Below the pieces are notes generated by a model that searched no databases, was not told where the DNA came from, and saw nothing but the letters and a program-made list of their open reading frames with translations. From Paraphysomonas bandaiensis (taxonomy: Eukaryota > Protista > Chrysophyceae), in assembly GCA_965644295.1 (NCBI GenBank), contig CBFFRP010000249.1, positions 95,854 through 159,853 of the forward strand: a stretch of 64,000 nucleotides of DNA, read 5' to 3'. This document shows positions 25,980-40,550 of this stretch, in pieces. The position numbers and the translations under genes were made by a program. Each line of letters begins with the position of its first letter. Position 1 is the stretch's first letter.

Positions 25980-26541
25980 TATGAACAAATCGACATCAAC
26001 GTAGTATATATATAGAGGTGTAGAGTACAGACCGTATACACACCGTATTACTGCTGTAGAGTACACTGTGTAACAGACTGGAAACGTGTGTTTTTATACA
26101 TTTGTTCCCCCAAACCCCTAGTTTTAGACACACATACGCTTCGTACTGCTGCGTATTGTACATAGTGTATGTATACAGCAGTGCAGATATCCATACACTG
26201 AAGTTGATCTTATAGAGGATGATGTCAGTGTCGTCTCTCGTGTCTTCCATACAGTCACATATCGCACATATGCAAGTAAGGTAAGGCACGTAGGTATCCA
26301 CTGACTGCCTTATCATTCTCTGACTTGTATCGCACACTCTCTACCCAAAGACATGAGTGTGTAGTGTCTGTATCTGTCTGTAAACTCCTATCGCCTCTAC
26401 TCATACTCTCAGGTACACTCCTGTGAGCTATCGAGTGTACCGCATAAGTGTATACGTATAAGCGTATACTGTACACCTCATCTGAGCTCATAACTGTATA
26501 CGTATCGTATACCTGCAGGCTGCAGTGTTTCATATCTCTCT

Positions 26542-28337
26542 ATGTCCAAACTACCGCAATTGCGTAAGACCAGTGGAGGTGGTGCTGGTGCTGGTGATGT
26601 CCGGATGTATGGCAAACAGCTGTGCAAAGATGAAGAGGACGTACTCCGGTCATTTAACTCTCAGTTCATTAAGAAGACACACAGAAACATTAAGAGTCAA
26701 GAGAAGTGCGTCACGTCACATGACTATGATGATATACGTGTGCTTCACATGACTGTATATGTATTCACACTCATCTACTGCAGTATACGATGGTATTTGT
26801 CTGTATTATAGTTACTGATACTGTTTAACGCCATAGTATCGTACACCTGCATCTACACGCACCATACACCCACCTGTCGTACATGTCATACACCCACCTG
26901 TCGTACATGTCATACACCCACCTGTATTTCAACTGTACGACACACTATAAGCGGCATTGTATTAAGACCAACACCGCCGTCTATGTATGTATTGATACAG
27001 CATACGGTGTCGCAGTATAGTGTAGTGGGGTGTAGTGTATGTGTATTCGTGTCGTATGTATTGTTGCTGTGTGTCTCATATGCATATATGCATCATTAGA
27101 GTGATCCGTATTGTACTGATAGCCTTCAATCAGGTTGCCTCCTCCTCAGAAGCCGGCCGTTTCAGCAGAGGAAGCGTATCGTGCTGAGCGAGAGAGACTA
27201 CGCAGTCTTGTAGGCGAACTAGTGGGACTCCTCAGAGACCGGGGCTCCGATTGCTATGATCTCGTTGTTGCATTCAGAGCTTGCTCAATCAACCCACACT
27301 CCGATGACTTTGATGGAGTGGACTCGTTAGGCGCTTGTCTGTGTAAGCAAGTAAGAAACACTCACAAATGCCTCTCTTCGTATACTTATTGCTGCACCGA
27401 ATAGACATTTATTGCTGGACTAGATTGTGCTGTTCCCACGTTCTCAGGGCGAGCTGAAGAACTGTTCACATCTCTCTGTGTTGTATGTGGAGCTGATGAA
27501 TTGGACCCAGTGATATATCTACACCAGATATTCGCGATCGTCTCTTTTGCCAGACTAAAGCGTGGCGCCAACACAGACGAGGTGAGTGGATGTCTTTATA
27601 ATGCCCTCGGGTGTGGTGGGTAGTTTTGGGCAATATATGCGTGTGATATATTTGCTTAGATGGTGCGAGCTATAATAGAGGGTGTGGCATGGGAGGTCGC
27701 GCATTGTAAGCACTCAACTCATTCTGGAAATCAAAACAGGAGGCGTAGAAAGTCACAATCTCAACGAAGTGCTTCAGTGTATTCCGTGAATCGGTCGAAG
27801 AGAACGAAAAAAGTGGGTCGTGGAGGCATTACGGAGACTATGCTCCAGATGTCACTGCCTTTCCCATCTGTTGCATCTGCCCTGAGGGCTGTGTGTGGGC
27901 GTGATACTACAACGGATTCCTTCATAGATGCACTAATGCGCTGTGCGGCTTTGAGTATGCGGTGTAAGAGTAACAGACGCCAAAATGTTCTCACGTTGGG
28001 GACTGGTATACCACAATTATTAAGCGGTATCAGTTCTCCCGCAACAGAAGGACTTCCTGCACCTGTCAACAGCGCGGAAATAACAGACTCTGAAGAGGGA
28101 TCTAATCTCCTAACGGCTCCGCCTCTGACCACGGCTGCCGCTATTCACCGGAAGCGCGGTATCACAAATTCCAGCAACCAGAGTTTAACTTCTGAGGAGG
28201 CCATTGTGGTAGCGCTAGATGATGTCTGTGTATTTGCTTCCACACAGACCGAGTTTCAGTTGAAACTTCAGGCGGAGATGTTTAACACTCGCCTTACAAT
28301 ATCAGAATCAGTGTCGAATATGGGTACTGTGAGATGA
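26542..28337 (+). CDS. Uncharacterised multi-exon protein
   Basis: Protein-like ORFs 26542-26708, 27135-27350, about 27404-27581 and 27660-28337, bounded by plausible GT/AG sites; no family recognised. Confidence 0.55.
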
Positions 28338-28814
28338 CATGCCATCGTACCCACTAGCTGGTCGAAGCGACAGAAACAATGTGGCGTATGTGTGGTGATA
28401 TTGTTGAAAGGACTGCCTCTAACTCTGCAGTTTGATATATTACAAAGTCAAGGAATGTCTTTCCACGACTAATCGTGATTTTCTGTGGTAATTTTGGTGT
28501 TGTATGATTCAGTTCTTGATACTGATGAAATTATCGTTTGTTGTGAGTATTCAACATTATTTGCTTACTAACACAGGTGCGGATATACAAGCAACCGTAT
28601 ACTGTACTTGCAGCAGATAAAAAAGACTACTGGGCTGAGTGTGTGAAGAATTTTATTCGCGTAATAAAAGGAAAAATAGTATACTTAATAAATATTACCA
28701 AGTGCCTTTGTATTTAATTGTATATAGAATATAGAACACATTACTACGCAATATGTGACACATTCACTACATTACTTTAGTTATAATTATACGACAAACA
28801 GTAGTGACTGTCTT

Positions 28815-29310
28815 AATATTAGCAATTGGCGTAACAAGTCAGGAGTCAGAACTAATTTAGCATTGAAATTTAACTAACTAGTGCTTAACTCTGATATCCT
28901 ACTATTTTACGCTACGAGAGCTGCTTGTGCGTCACCACAAGCACTAAGGCGCAACCACTTTCGCTCTATTACTCAGAGCAAGCGCAGTGAGCAAGCAGAA
29001 TGTTGCTATACCTGAGATCTGCTTACTGCTGACTTCAGGATTTTTGAGTCCTTATGGTGAACATCCCGGATGCTTGACTTTTAAGCAGGCAGACCAATAC
29101 CCCGGATTCCCGGATGCATGTTTATTCGCCAGGACCCGAAGACGCCTACACAAGTGACACATATATACATATATCATATATTAGTGGGTAGAAAACTATC
29201 TACCGACTATATAATATGCGGCTCACGTTAGTTTCCCGGAGAAATACCTCCGGTGCTTATCTCCCAGAACATCACGAAATGGTGCGATTCCGACTTTGTT
29301 GAGAGGTACA
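28815..29310 (-). mobile_element. SINE-like/LINE-tail repeat copy (modules D-C-B-A)
   Basis: Colinear with 50430-50850; core at 28914-28964. Confidence 0.8.
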
Positions 29311-29479
29311 ACGTACATCAATACTAGGCATGTTGAGTTCTGCAGTATGATGTGATATATATTGTGCAATTGAAGTGAGTTAATAGTGTGCAATAGATGA
29401 AGTCAACTCATAGGTATAACGGGTGATAACAGTTACAAAAGAATTACATTCAGTTACTGATGTGTGACTATATAAGATA

Positions 29480-30660
29480 TAGGAGCCCGTCTTACGAAGT
29501 CACCCAGCTCATGGAAGACTTTCTCACTGCGTCGCTACGACACATCTCCAATAATCTGACATAGGGCCACTTCTCGGGGATGCACTCGACCTTTGCTACA
29601 AATACGACCTCCAGCAATACAGCACCACCCGGGACGGTGTCTACACGGCCCCCTTTCGAATTGCCACCCCTTTACTGAACACAGAGCGGAGCGCGGCTAC
29701 CACACTAACTCCATCCTCTTCGCACCCACAACACCCCCCGATAATACGACTCTATCCCCAATCGTATCCGAGAAACTGGCTATGTCTGGGACAAGTCATA
29801 CACAAATGGCAGGAACAGCACCAAACAAAAAAACGAGGGAATGAAGCCACTGTAGCAGCAAAATGTACCGACTGCACCAATGACCACGACAGCATCGCAC
29901 ATATGGTCCTCGAATGCCCTCACTATGACCTCGCACAAGTTAGAAAGGAAATATATCACCAACACCGCAAGGCCATTGACAATGCCAAGAACACCACAGC
30001 CCTCAGACCATGGTTCTCCTCTGCACTCACCAAAATCTTATCCGCTGCCTGGAATCCTAATACCCTCCAAGTTGAGAGATACTGGACGGGCAATATCACA
30101 GCCTCCCAACTAGTAAACGCATTCGGCCACCATATCTCCGCTGCCATACAACCTCAGGAGTTCCACCAGCTCGAAAAACTGATAATAAAAATTCTTAGAC
30201 CACTACTTTTTACAAAATGGCGGCCTCCACATGCTTCAGGACAGAGGAAGGCAGCATATCCAAGCCCTCACTCCCAGCACACAGATGACAACGCACACTA
30301 CCGAGCTAAGCCAACACGATCACAGGAGGCCCACCACGCTCAAACCGCCAATACTAAACCTCCTCCACCCCCAGAAAATATTCGAGCCAATCCACCTCCC
30401 CCACGAACTCCCACCACGTACAACAGACAAACGCTCATCACATTCCCCACGCGGCCTCAACTACCTACAACGCGCTCCTCTCCTCCTTATCACTCAATTC
30501 CGTCTCGCCTCATGACTCCGAAGCGCACAGTCCTCACCTCTAGTACAACAGAGGTGTCCCTGACTAAATGCATTAGCCGGAACAGTTGCACCATGGTGCT
30601 CGCACTAATAATGCACAAGTAGTTCCGGGACGCTAACAGATAGAGGGTGATCTCGCTCGA
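29480..30660 (+). mobile_element. 5'-truncated, decayed non-LTR retrotransposon (LINE-like) 3' end with structured tail
   Basis: The frame through 29865-29920 reads KCTDCTNDHDSIAHMVLECPH (C-x2-C-x8-H-x4-C, typical of LINE ORF2 C-termini), followed by a Pro-rich tail, RGVPD-stop at 30550-30567 (shifted frame), and a divergent copy of the repeat core at 30577-30628. Confidence 0.75.
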
Positions 30661-31371
30661 TACCTACAGTAGCATTAAACTAAAGAATTTGTAGATGTAG
30701 ATTAACACCATTACTGATATTATTGTCATTCGTGTACCAATACTGTGGAATAAATTAGCTTCATTCTACCTACTAAAGAGTAAAGAGCCAACAAAAGTAA
30801 TAATCAGCCTTTCTTACATAAGATATAGGAGTGACTGGTGAACATATGATAAACAGATGTTGCTGAGAACTGAGAACAGATGTTTCACCAGATGTTACAT
30901 GAATGTATAAGGAAGTGTTTGAAGTTTAGATTAATAATTATAACTATAATTTCTTACTTGAAAGTGAATTGTATTCAACGAAGCAAGAATAAGGTTTACG
31001 TGTAAGAAAAGTTAACTTCAGTGTAATGTCCAATTCTAACAAGGTATAGTGCATGTCACTGATCACATGCTCAGTATATCAATTTTTTGTCACTAAATCT
31101 TAATACTTAATGCATTAAATTACGGTGAATTTTATACCTGCTCCACTTAAGAGATAAGCATGAACAGTCTCAGACAGCAAAAGTACACTACACCAAAATA
31201 GGGTGGATGCTCCCGAGAAGTTAGGAGCATTAATAAGCAAATGTGGTTGAATGACCTCGTGCATTATTAAAGATGTTACCTATATGGCTACTGAACGTTG
31301 ACTGATCTAAATCTCCAATGGGTTTCATATCTATTATCCATGTACCAACGTCAATTATTTGCACAGACAAG

Positions 31372-34322
31372 CTAAAACAACATAAGATTTTTCTTCCTCT
31401 CTGTGCGACGCCATTTCGGCATGGCACGGAATTCCGCCTGCATTCATCATTCGAATCAATAACATAATCAATATATGTTTACCCAGACCTTGGTCATATT
31501 AAAGCGAACCAAGAACTCCCCGTCCGATAAGTGTTCTTCTAACTCGGATTGAGTCACACCATCGTAACTTTTCATGTAATTCCGCCGGACCAATTCGTGG
31601 TACGAATATAGTTCTCTGTATTTGGGTTAGCTAACTTACATCAAATACTTTGTGTTAAACCTTCCCGTATCAGGGTCCACACCTATGGACTTCTCGGGTA
31701 CCATGTCAATATACTGCTGCATGCGGTCATCCGTAGGAGAAGCTGCAGATACAGCTATTGAACTCCCACCTTTGTTCCTTGGGGACACATCCTGCATGCG
31801 AATAAGGCACAGTAGATACTACAGAGGGCATTACCTGTTGATCTGCGTCACTTTTCTTCGACCCTACAAGATTCTCAAAAAAACCTCGAATGTTTCCAAC
31901 TTTCTTCTCTTCCAATAACATCTGTAGGCTCGTACGTGGTTCTTTAGTAGTGGGCCTACCACCTTTTGGGGGGGAATCAACAGTCTTGCTTCGATTTCTA
32001 TCTCTGAGCATATATTTCATACAAAATCAATGGTTGAATGTCTACGCACTGTTTTTGCTCGTCAACAGGAACCTTCGAGCCAGGTGTACTTATTCGCCTC
32101 ACGACTCTTGTAAAAAAACCTGAGAATGAACACACCAAGTCGATTACCTATACAGAGCAATAGGTCCAACATTACCATCATTTTTCTGTGCACTTGTAGG
32201 AGATCCATTCTCTTCTACTCCTGTACTATCCACGGATGCAGTCGCTGTTGTCTGGGCCGCCGCAGCTGGAGTAGAATCCTTTTCTGTTGATATTTCTGCT
32301 TTTACTGTCTCCGATTCAGTATGGTTTTCACTTGGTGCGTCATCTATCGGAGTATGAACGACAGGCTGTGCATTGGCCGAGGACATCCGTCTTCTAACCC
32401 AACCTAGCACCCCCTCATCGCCTTCTGTCGTCGCCTGTTTCCCAGTAGGAGACACGTCACTAGTTTCAGGCTGCTTATTGTTGGCGGACTCGCTGACGGG
32501 TTCAAGCTCCTTATCTGCAGTAGTTTCACTGCTAGATTCAGGCTCCTTTATTGTAGCAGCAGACTCATTGGTGGACTCAGGCCCCTTGTTATCAGCTGCA
32601 GGCTTGTTAGTGGGTTCAGGTTCCTTCTCTGTACTAGAGACAATGCTGCGCTCAGACTCCTTGTTATCACCTGCAGATTCGCTATTGGGCTCAGGGTCCT
32701 TGCTATCAGTTGCCGAGTCACTAATTGATTCAGGTTCCTTTTCTGCAGTGGATTCACTACTTGGTTCAGCACGTTTTTCTGGCACGGGTTCACTAATAGG
32801 TTCAGGCTTGTCTGCAGCAGGTTCACAGCTGGATGTGGGTTCCATTCTATCTATAGTGGCTTCCGGCGTCACCTTATCTGTAGTAGGTTTGCTGATGGAT
32901 TCAGGCTGTTTTCCGCAGTCATTTTCAAGATTCTTGTTAACAATAGGCCTGCTAGAAGCCTCTGATGTAGTCTCATTTCTATTCAGACTTGATGCTGCAA
33001 TTCCGCGGAGTTTGTCTTCCTCATTCAAAGTGATCTCAACAGCATTGGAACTCTTTCGTGCTTTTACTTCCCATAGTTCCATGGGTACCCCTACGACACC
33101 TCACTGTTAGAAAATAGCTGTACATACTATAGCGCGTTATTGGCACCTTCTAAAGTAATATCGTTTACGGAACCCAGGTCTAGTGACTTCATCACTGACT
33201 GGGACACGGTTAGTGATGACCTTCGATTTCGGGCAGAGGGTCTGCTCACTCTCCGCCCGATTTGCTCTTCCGTATTTTTCCCCTTCCCGGTCTCTTCACC
33301 CTCCGCAATTGAGTCCATGCTTAACCTTTGTGATCTGCCACTCCCACCACTGCGGTTTGATACTGGTGGCGATGTAGGAGAGTTAACTTGACTAGTACTC
33401 GGCTTCTCTGGGGATGCTTGCTGCACCGCGGGTTTCGTCGAGACAGCAGCAGAACCTCTCCCACTCCCACCTCGTCCACCCGCGCCACGACCACGCCCCC
33501 CTCTACCGGCCCCTCGTCCACCAGCACCCCCTCCACGCCCCCCGCTAAGAACACTGTTACCCATCGGACGACTGAAGGTGGACTGCTTCGCGACTGTCTG
33601 CGCCCTTGCCTTCAGCACTTCTTCCACCTGAAGATACCGTAAGTCCATGTAAACCTAAGGTGCCAAAACAATAACCTGTCGCTTTTCTTCAGAATATCGA
33701 AACATATCAATAATTTCTGCGGATTTTGCTTTCGGATCTGTAAGGCGAGGTCCAATTTCAGAAATGAAAGCAATTTTAGTCTTCACAGATGCAGTCAACT
33801 GGTATGCGATCAGATACCAAAATTATATGATTACCAACACACGTACCTTCAACAACTCAATCAAATCATCTGATGAGAACAGGTAGGGAGTCTTCTTATT
33901 ATGAAGAGTTCTGATACGCGCTTGGTTGTCACTGTAGGATACGGATTACATGTACAGTTATGTTAATGCAATATACGAATCAGTTCACAGATGTGAATGG
34001 CTTCGCCTACACATACGTAGACTGATATCTCCATATGCCAACTACATAAACATACACATCTGCACATACATACACACGTCTACATACACACACACACATA
34101 TAGAGGTCTACACACACATACACATCTAATGAACGACTCGCACCTGAGTCCCTCTAATATGGACAGCAAATTATTCAAATCATCCCTCTGAATCTTCACT
34201 GTGTCGGCCAGACTCTCTATGGAGATAACGGACCCCGACGAGTCTTCCTTCGACTCGAAAGGGTTGCTTTCCACCTCCAAAAAAGACGATCTTCTCTTCG
34301 CCGCTTGAGTGCGTAACGACAT
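31372..34322 (-). CDS. Large low-complexity protein with a C-terminal villin headpiece (VHP) domain, about 10 exons
   Basis: The last two exons read YSYHELVRRN...ELEEHLSDGEFLVRFNMTK|AEFRAMPKWRRTERKKNLMLF-stop, the VHP signature. Also an RGG stretch, KEPES-type repeats and a helical N-terminal domain (DUF4476-like, tentative). Confidence 0.8.
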
Positions 34323-34427
34323 TTGAATTATTCACAGGACGATATTCTCTATACAGAGTTATGCATACATGGACTTGAAGTCGATGCAACGAGAATGCCA
34401 CGCTATGAATTAACAGACCCGCCCTCT

Positions 34428-35002
34428 ACACATACATACACATACATACACATACATACACATACATACATACATACATACATACATACATACATACATA
34501 CATACATACATACATACATACATACATACATACATACATACATACATACATACATACATACATACATACATACATACATACATACATACATACATACATA
34601 CATACACATACATACACATACATACATACATACATACATACATACATACATACATACATACATACATACATGCATACATACATACATACATACATACATA
34701 CATACATACATACATACATACATACATACATACATACATACATACATACATACATACATACATACATACATACATACATGCATACATACATACATACATA
34801 CATACATGCATACATACATACATACATACATACATACATACATACATACATACATACATACATACATACATACATACATACATACATACATACATGCATA
34901 CATACATACATACATACATACATACATACATACATACATACATACATACATACATACATACATACATACATACATACATACATACATACATACATACATA
35001 CA
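34428..35002. repeat. (TACA)n microsatellite, about 575 bp
   Basis: Read directly; sits between divergent VHP and ferredoxin genes. Confidence 0.99.
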
Positions 35003-35089
35003 GTGAGAGTGTGTTACTGTGTGTGCTGTTCATATTATTCTGATAGCACACTTACGCTGCTGTCTTCTCTTCCTTTCAGTCATCACACA

Positions 35090-35717
35090 ATGCATCTCGC
35101 ACTTTTTAGACGGCATTTCTTTCGCTCCCAGAGCCTGTATGGGGTCCGTATGGTGTCCTCTTCCTCCCCGACACTGCACCAGCACATACCTGACCATATC
35201 CTCAATGCAGAGAGGTAACCGCTGCTTGTGGTTCATTTGGAGGCTCATTTGCTTATAGTTTAACTGTGCACTGGAAGAATAAGGACGGAGAGGTCACGTC
35301 CACTCCGGCTAAAGGTCAGCTCTCTGCTGCTGTTGTTATCAGCCGATATGCGGACTTATTGTATGTGTGTATTCACAGTCGGGATGAATCTTCTGCAAGT
35401 CGCTCATCGCGAAGGCATAGACTTAGAAGGTACTCAACTTATCTTGTAATGTCTCTAAATTATTTTGTACAGGCGCATGTGAAGGAGTGTGTGCTTGTTC
35501 GACTTGCCATTTAATATTCGACCAGGATGTTTATGATAGCTTGCCGGAGCCGTCTGAGGATGAAGAAGATATGTTAGACATGGCCTATGGTCTTACTGCA
35601 ACTTCACGGTTAGGATGCCAAGTAGTATTAGAGAAAAAACATGATGGCATTGTTCTGGAACTTCCTGCAGCTACTAGAAATTTTTATGTTGATGGTCACA
35701 AACCCAAACCCCATTAG
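35090..35717 (+). CDS. Mitochondrial [2Fe-2S] ferredoxin (adrenodoxin/Yah1/Fdx2 type), 4 exons
   Basis: Arg/Ser-rich presequence MHLALFRRHFFRSQS; spliced EG|ACEGVCACSTCHLI, EEDMLDMAYGLTATSRLGCQ, LPAATRNFYVDGHKPKPH. Confidence 0.95.
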
Positions 35718-36780
35718 CTCAGTTTCTGCACTTTTATAAGGAAATATTGTTAAGCTGTTGCTTATAGTTTTCGTGCTATTAGTTTTTTGATCGAATGAAC
35801 TATGGCTGTTGGGGATACATCGCAATTAGCCAATGCATGAAAATGAGCAAGAAATACGTTTATCAATAAAGGAAATATTTAATTACTGAAATGCTCTGAC
35901 ATTGAAACCTAATATTTCGTATTATACACTTGTTAGTCGTCGTGTCAGCTACAGCTACGCATCAGACATGACTTCATTACTTATTAATATAAAACACGCA
36001 CCAAGGCTGCGTATCAATTAATTATCAATTATTGAAGTTGGGACAGCAAATCATAATTGACTCCAGCTTACAGAACACACACATCACAATTTCCTTACGC
36101 CAACGTCTTCAGAGTAGACAACCTGTCATAGCTCTTCTAGTGCGATATATACTGAACTACAACCAACTTCTACGTGCGTACTTGAAGTTTGGTAAAGCCT
36201 ATCGCAAGTAGCTATCCTGTATCCTGTATTCTGTATTTTGTATTCTATGTAGCAATGAAATACAGAATATACATGACTACACTATAAAAGTAACGGAGTA
36301 ACCATTGCAAGTATACAAAGAAACTGAAAATATAGTAGCTGTGAAAGATACGATTTGTAGAACAGAATATTGATGTTAGTGATTGATAGTGGTTCCTAAA
36401 TCACAGTGCTACAATATCATAATTTCACTATCTCTCTTAACGTAAATTCAGTTAATACTGCACTACTACAAACTTAATTTGATAATAATATAACATGTTA
36501 CACACAGTAAAGGCTGCTCAATGACAGGAATCAGGAACTAGTGACGATATCGAGTTTCCAATACTCTAACAATTAAAGGTCATAATTTAAGGGTACTTAA
36601 TTGTTAAGCGCTAATTATAAGATACAGATACCAGTAACGCAAACCAATACTACAGCAGCCATAATAATATATCAATTGGTATATATTAAAAATTAAAATA
36701 TAAGTAATAATATAATACAAAACGGCTTTATAACGATGCCCATCACGCAAATATAAATAACGTACTATGAACAGCAGTTA

Positions 36781-38069
36781 TTAAACTTGTCTTTTCACCA
36801 CAGCGCCATCTGTCTCCTGATCGAATAATTTTAGAAAGATCTGCATAGGAAGTACTGCGCAAGATTCAGGAACACACTCCAATCCTATTCCTGCAGGTTG
36901 AAAGATGCTCTTCATATGATCTCCAGGTGGCTCGAATATAGACCAGTTGGGATCTGCAGGCAACCCACAACTCATACGCCAATGAGATCTCTTTCTCGAC
37001 GGAGCCGAAGTTTCTGTCTGGGGGTGATTTGAATGCTTGACCGCTCCCTCTTCTGTCCTGACATGGTTATATCTGCAAGGAATTACTCAATATAAAACTC
37101 AGCATAGCGCTAAACCTGCAGCGGCTTCCCAATGGACACAGACCCTCTCTGTACAGCATGCATGGTCGGTCACAATCCGACTCAGTAGGCAGTATGTTGA
37201 GACTACTGCTCGACGCACCGGAAGAGTACAGTCGTTTCAAAAGTCTGGGCTTCATACCACCTGTATAGGAATTTTCTCGGAGATCGCTACTATCGTCAAC
37301 GGTCTCTATCTGATCTTCATCACCAGCGTCTCCACCACTGTCAGTGTTGACAGAAATTGGATCCTGAACAATGCAACAAAACGAAATAGTGGGTATATAT
37401 TAATATATATTAGTAGGAATTAGTAGGAATGTACCTCTGGAATATTCCCTTCTAAAACCTCCTCCTCTGCTTTCTTATTGCTCTCGAAAAGGTCCTGTAG
37501 AAATCAGAGATTATAACTTGATATACAGCAATCTCTCCGCTATCATACTTTATCTGGAGAAGATATCGCATCACCAAGTTCAAGCTCAAGTGCCCCTAGA
37601 AACAGACCGCGCTTTCTCCATTCGTGAAGCACACGATCCATGCTTTCCTACATCAATGTTAAACAGTTATCATCTGTACGATGTATGCATACATTATCTT
37701 CTTCCGGCACTCGACGCAGATATCTCAATGTATCCTTCATCTTCAAAGCAAACCGCGATATAAATAACTGCTTCTCTTTCTTATATTTTCCCTTGCTGTC
37801 CCGACAAATCGAGTCGATGACATACAGCCCTATCGGGGTCATTAGCACTCGATGTATGGCGCATACGTATGTACTTTACCGGCTATACGAAACGCGGGGG
37901 GTGTTTTTCTTATAAACTTCTCGATAGCAAACACGGCCATTTTATACTCTGCAGCGCACCGCAGAGCCACAGATGCGGCATACTTCACCTTCGAGGCTCC
38001 AGGAGGACGCTGGAGGGTTAATTCCTCTAATGCATTCTGTAGTTCCGTCTCTCCTCTCCACTTTCCCAT
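36781..38069 (-). CDS. CTD-interacting domain (CID) protein with a CCCH zinc finger (Nrd1/Seb1/SCAF-like N-terminus), multi-exon
   Basis: PPGASKVK...YKMAVFAIEKFIRK...RIA|GLYVIDSICR...FISRF matches a CID pattern; CMLYREGLCPLGSRCRFS is a CCCH-like finger. Confidence 0.7.
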
Positions 38070-38629
38070 GTCTGATTTCACAGGTTAGCAATCATCAGAG
38101 TGGACCGGGCGATAGATGGATAGAATGCAGACGTTAATAGCAACACACTGATATCGACGCTGCTGCTGCTGCTGTATGCATAAATATGTAGAGTGGAGTA
38201 TACAGCAGTATACGATACAATATACAGGGCAGATGTACTCGTCTATATGTACGTATGTACACAGCATACAGCAGTACATACTCTGATATGTACTGCTGTG
38301 GAGGTACGCATGTAGCCTATAGGAGTAGAGGTACAACATGTAGAAACCTAGCTACAGCCAGTGCTGGAGTGCAGCAGCAGTATGCATAGTGCAGCAATGG
38401 AGTCTTGCCCTCACATTCCAGTGAGATTTGACGTCATCGCTATCGATGTATGGATATAGCGGTCGAAGATACGGACCAGCTGCTGTGTTCCTGTGATCAT
38501 ACGACTCTATGGTGTGGTTGAGAGGCACAGCGTGTTGTTATCTGTACAGCCGTTACATGCATCTCCAGTAGATCGGTATGGATAAGCCACCCGATCATCA
38601 GAGCTGACCATATGAACTACTGACCATCC

Positions 38630-38992
38630 TGAACGGACATAAGGCGACCACCTCGCACCATCTCACTCTCCCTCGGAACACTCTCCTCCCAACTACATAA
38701 CTCTGACCCTCCCTTAAACGTCACGGACCCCGTCCCCAAAGGGTGTCCCCCTGATTAACCGTACCTCTTGACACTGAAGAACTACACACGCTGGGCAGCT
38801 TTCACACTTACTTAAGGGCTCAAAAATCCTGAAGTTCAGCAGATGTCAGGTATATCAACAATCTGCTTGCCCACTGCGTTTGCTTTGAGCGATTGAGCGA
38901 AAGTGGTTGCACCTTAGTGCTTGCGGTGACGCACAAGCAGCTTTCGTAGCGCTAAATTATAGGATATCAGAGTTAAGTACTAGTTAGTTAAG
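38630..38992 (+). mobile_element. LINE-like 3' end (VPKGCPPD-stop) followed by tail modules B-A
   Basis: GTC CCC AAA GGG TGT CCC CCT GAT TAA at 38732-38758, then module B and the core at 38897-38947. Confidence 0.75.
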
Positions 38993-39689
38993 GCCAAGGA
39001 ACTATATACATTAATAGTATCGTAAGCCAGCTTTCCATCAATGATATTGAAATCGTAATTAATTCAATTGCCTATTATGCAATATGCAATTAGTTTTTGT
39101 AAAAGTTGCCAATTAATTAGATGGCTTAATTGTATAGACAGCATCTTAAGCTATATAGCTACTGATCAATATCTGTTAGTATTTAGCATAGAAGAACTTG
39201 GATCTATGTAAACTACGCACAGTCACTTTATCACTATCACTCATAATTATGTGACAGTGGAAGGGTCAGTATACGCTTCTACCTCGGCACGCAAGAGTAA
39301 TAAGATGTCAAAGGTTGTTGGCAAAGTACAAACGTACAAACAAAGTATCATCAAGATACATAGCATGTAAATAGATCATATATGTCGCTATATCACCAGT
39401 GGTAGCGTGTGTACACGATCGCACTCATATGTAAAGGAACGAAGGAAAAGTGCTATGTGTGCAACAATAATGGAATAGTATTACTGAATAGCAATGATTA
39501 TTATATATTCATCAGGATGGCATCGTAAGGTTAGGGTTATTATTAGCAATAGGGTTAAAATCATAATGTTCAGCCGATTATTTCAGATGATCTTGCAAAG
39601 GATTTATTGTATTGTCCCCATAAGATTGCAGTACGTGGTTTATTTCAACACATATATTCACACGGTTTATTGTGGTCGTATATAAAAAT

Positions 39690-40550
39690 CCTATTATTAG
39701 CAATAGGTGTCAAGAATCTGCATTAGATAAGTAGCTAGATGAAAACTAGTCACGCTAGATAAACTTCTACCTGTAACTAACTTGTACAAATTCTCATATC
39801 CTACTATATAACGCTACGGAAGGTGCTTGTGCGTCGCCAAGGTGCAACCACTTCCGTTCTTTAATGTGAGGGAGAATATCTCTATGGACGTGAGTCCTTG
39901 AAGTACAGAATGGGTTTTTAGTCAGGGGGGCGCCCCTTGGGGTAGGACTCTGTAGTGCTTTGGGGAGGCACAGGATTTCGTATTAGTGTGTCGAGTGTTT
40001 CTAACCTGGGATACTTGGGCGAAGGGGTGGATTGGGATTGTGGCGTGTTTCGAGATGGTACGGGGCGCAAGTAGGGCTTGGGGTGAAATAGGTGACGGAG
40101 GCGTGGCATTGCCACTGGTGCGGGGATATTAGTGGAAGCGGGAGACGTGTGGGGTGAGTTGTGTCTCCTCGTTGCACCTTGTAAGCAAAGAGCCTGTGGT
40201 TTCCGCCGTGTGTTGCTACATTTCAATCGTTTGTTGCCACGTGTTTGATGCATTCTGGGGGGAGTCTATATGGCACCTTGGTGTTGGTGACGTGACGGCA
40301 ACTGCGGTCTTGAATCATTTGTCTGGTTGCAGCGAAAAGCGGTTGGACAGATGCTATTTCTAGTACAAAGTCCTCGCGAGTTTAAGGCGCAGTTGTATTG
40401 CCTCGGTGATAGTTCCCATCCAGAATCCCTCAACCTGTGGTAGTGAATAGTGAGGTATTCCAGTCTCTGCTGGAGAGATTCTTGAGAATGGCGGCACTCC
40501 AAGATGGTAGAGTCGGGTCTCGTTGTAGAGATTTTTTTGCAGAGCAAAGA
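39690..40550 (-). mobile_element. Decayed LINE-like 3' end with tail module A
   Basis: TILECRH knuckle remnant. CAGGTTGAG-GATTCTGGATGGGAACTATCACC aligns with CAAGTTGAGAGATACTGGACGGGCAATATCACA (QVERYWTGNIT) at about 30068-30100. ORF ends YPKGRPPD-stop at 39918; core at 39816-39857. Confidence 0.78.

Noticed and set aside
32373-33110. 245-aa plus-strand ORF
   Set aside because: Antisense shadow of the repetitive exon of the villin-headpiece gene.
34323-35218. Long YIHT/MYVC ORFs here and at 54640-54965 and 60666-61397
   Set aside because: Artefacts of stop-free (TACA)n repeats. The real CRN-like start is probably ATG 54968.
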